Shown here: positions 63,695-64,000 of the stretch, one piece after another
How positions within the stretch are numbered: the first letter of the stretch is position 1
How the letters are laid out: each line of letters starts with the position of its first letter
From: Podarcis erhardii
Lineage: Eukaryota
DNA length: 64,000 bases
Direction: 5' to 3' (one strand)
Assembly (NCBI GenBank): GCA_964252035.1
Contig: OZ176200.1
The notes under the pieces: generated by a model
What the model saw: the letters and a program-made list of their open reading frames with translations, nothing else
Told to the model about the DNA's origin: nothing
Database searches by the model: none
Program-made: the position numbers and the translations under genes

Positions 63695-64000
63695 CATAGG
63701 TAGGCAAACTAAGGCCCAGGGGCCGGATCTGGCCCAATTGCCTTCTACATCTGGTCCATGGACAGTCCAGGAATCAGCATGTTTTTACATGAGTAGAATG
63801 TACCCTTTTATTTTAAATGCATCTCTGGGTTATTTGTGGGGCTGCCTGTTGTTTTTACATGAGTAGAAGGTGTGCTTTTATTTAAAATGCATCTCTGGGT
63901 TATTTGTGGGGCATAGGAATTCGTTCGTCCCCCCTCCAAAGAAATATAGTCCAGCCCCCCACAAGATCTGAGGGACAGTGGACTGGCCCGCTGCTGAAAA
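63695..64000. mobile_element. hAT-type non-autonomous element running off the window end, with an internal duplication of about 70 bp
   Basis: Starts catagg-taggcaaac (like the 35410 TIR); the unit gtttttacatgagtagaa...gcatctctgggttatttgtgggg is repeated at about 63781 and 63851. Confidence 0.6.

Noticed and set aside
62963-64000. Search for EGLN3 exon 5 and stop codon
   Set aside because: No acceptor plus KTES/ALTED-like coding sequence found; the region is occupied by repeats, so the exon is presumably outside the window.

Overview
Vertebrate genomic DNA, very probably a lacertid lizard (inferred from Squam3-type SINEs with (CTT)n tails, Sauria SINEs, BovB and TA-flanked Tigger-like MITEs). 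The window holds the HIF prolyl-4-hydroxylase gene EGLN3 (PHD3) on the + strand: canonical coding exon 1 (30530-30886) and exons 2-4 (57419-57538, 60335-60471, 62889-62962). I did not find the short last coding exon, which presumably lies beyond 64000. The main result is a second CpG-island first exon 1.8 kb upstream of the canonical one (CDS 28087-28695, 203 codons). It encodes another N-terminal half of the PHD catalytic domain, of EGLN1/EGLN2 type rather than EGLN3 type, and ends in a phase-0 GT donor at exactly the homologous K|AMVACYPG junction. No second exon 2 is visible, so the simplest model is one locus making two complete oxygen-sensor enzymes from alternative promoters, with different beta2-beta3 specificity loops and a shared Fe/2OG core. 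I cannot check whether databases already annotate this isoform. The rest of the window is intergenic or intronic: a young 5'-truncated L1 with a 21-bp TSD, a solo LTR, BovB/CR1/L2 fragments, SINEs, MITEs, microsatellites and several candidate hypoxia-response elements.
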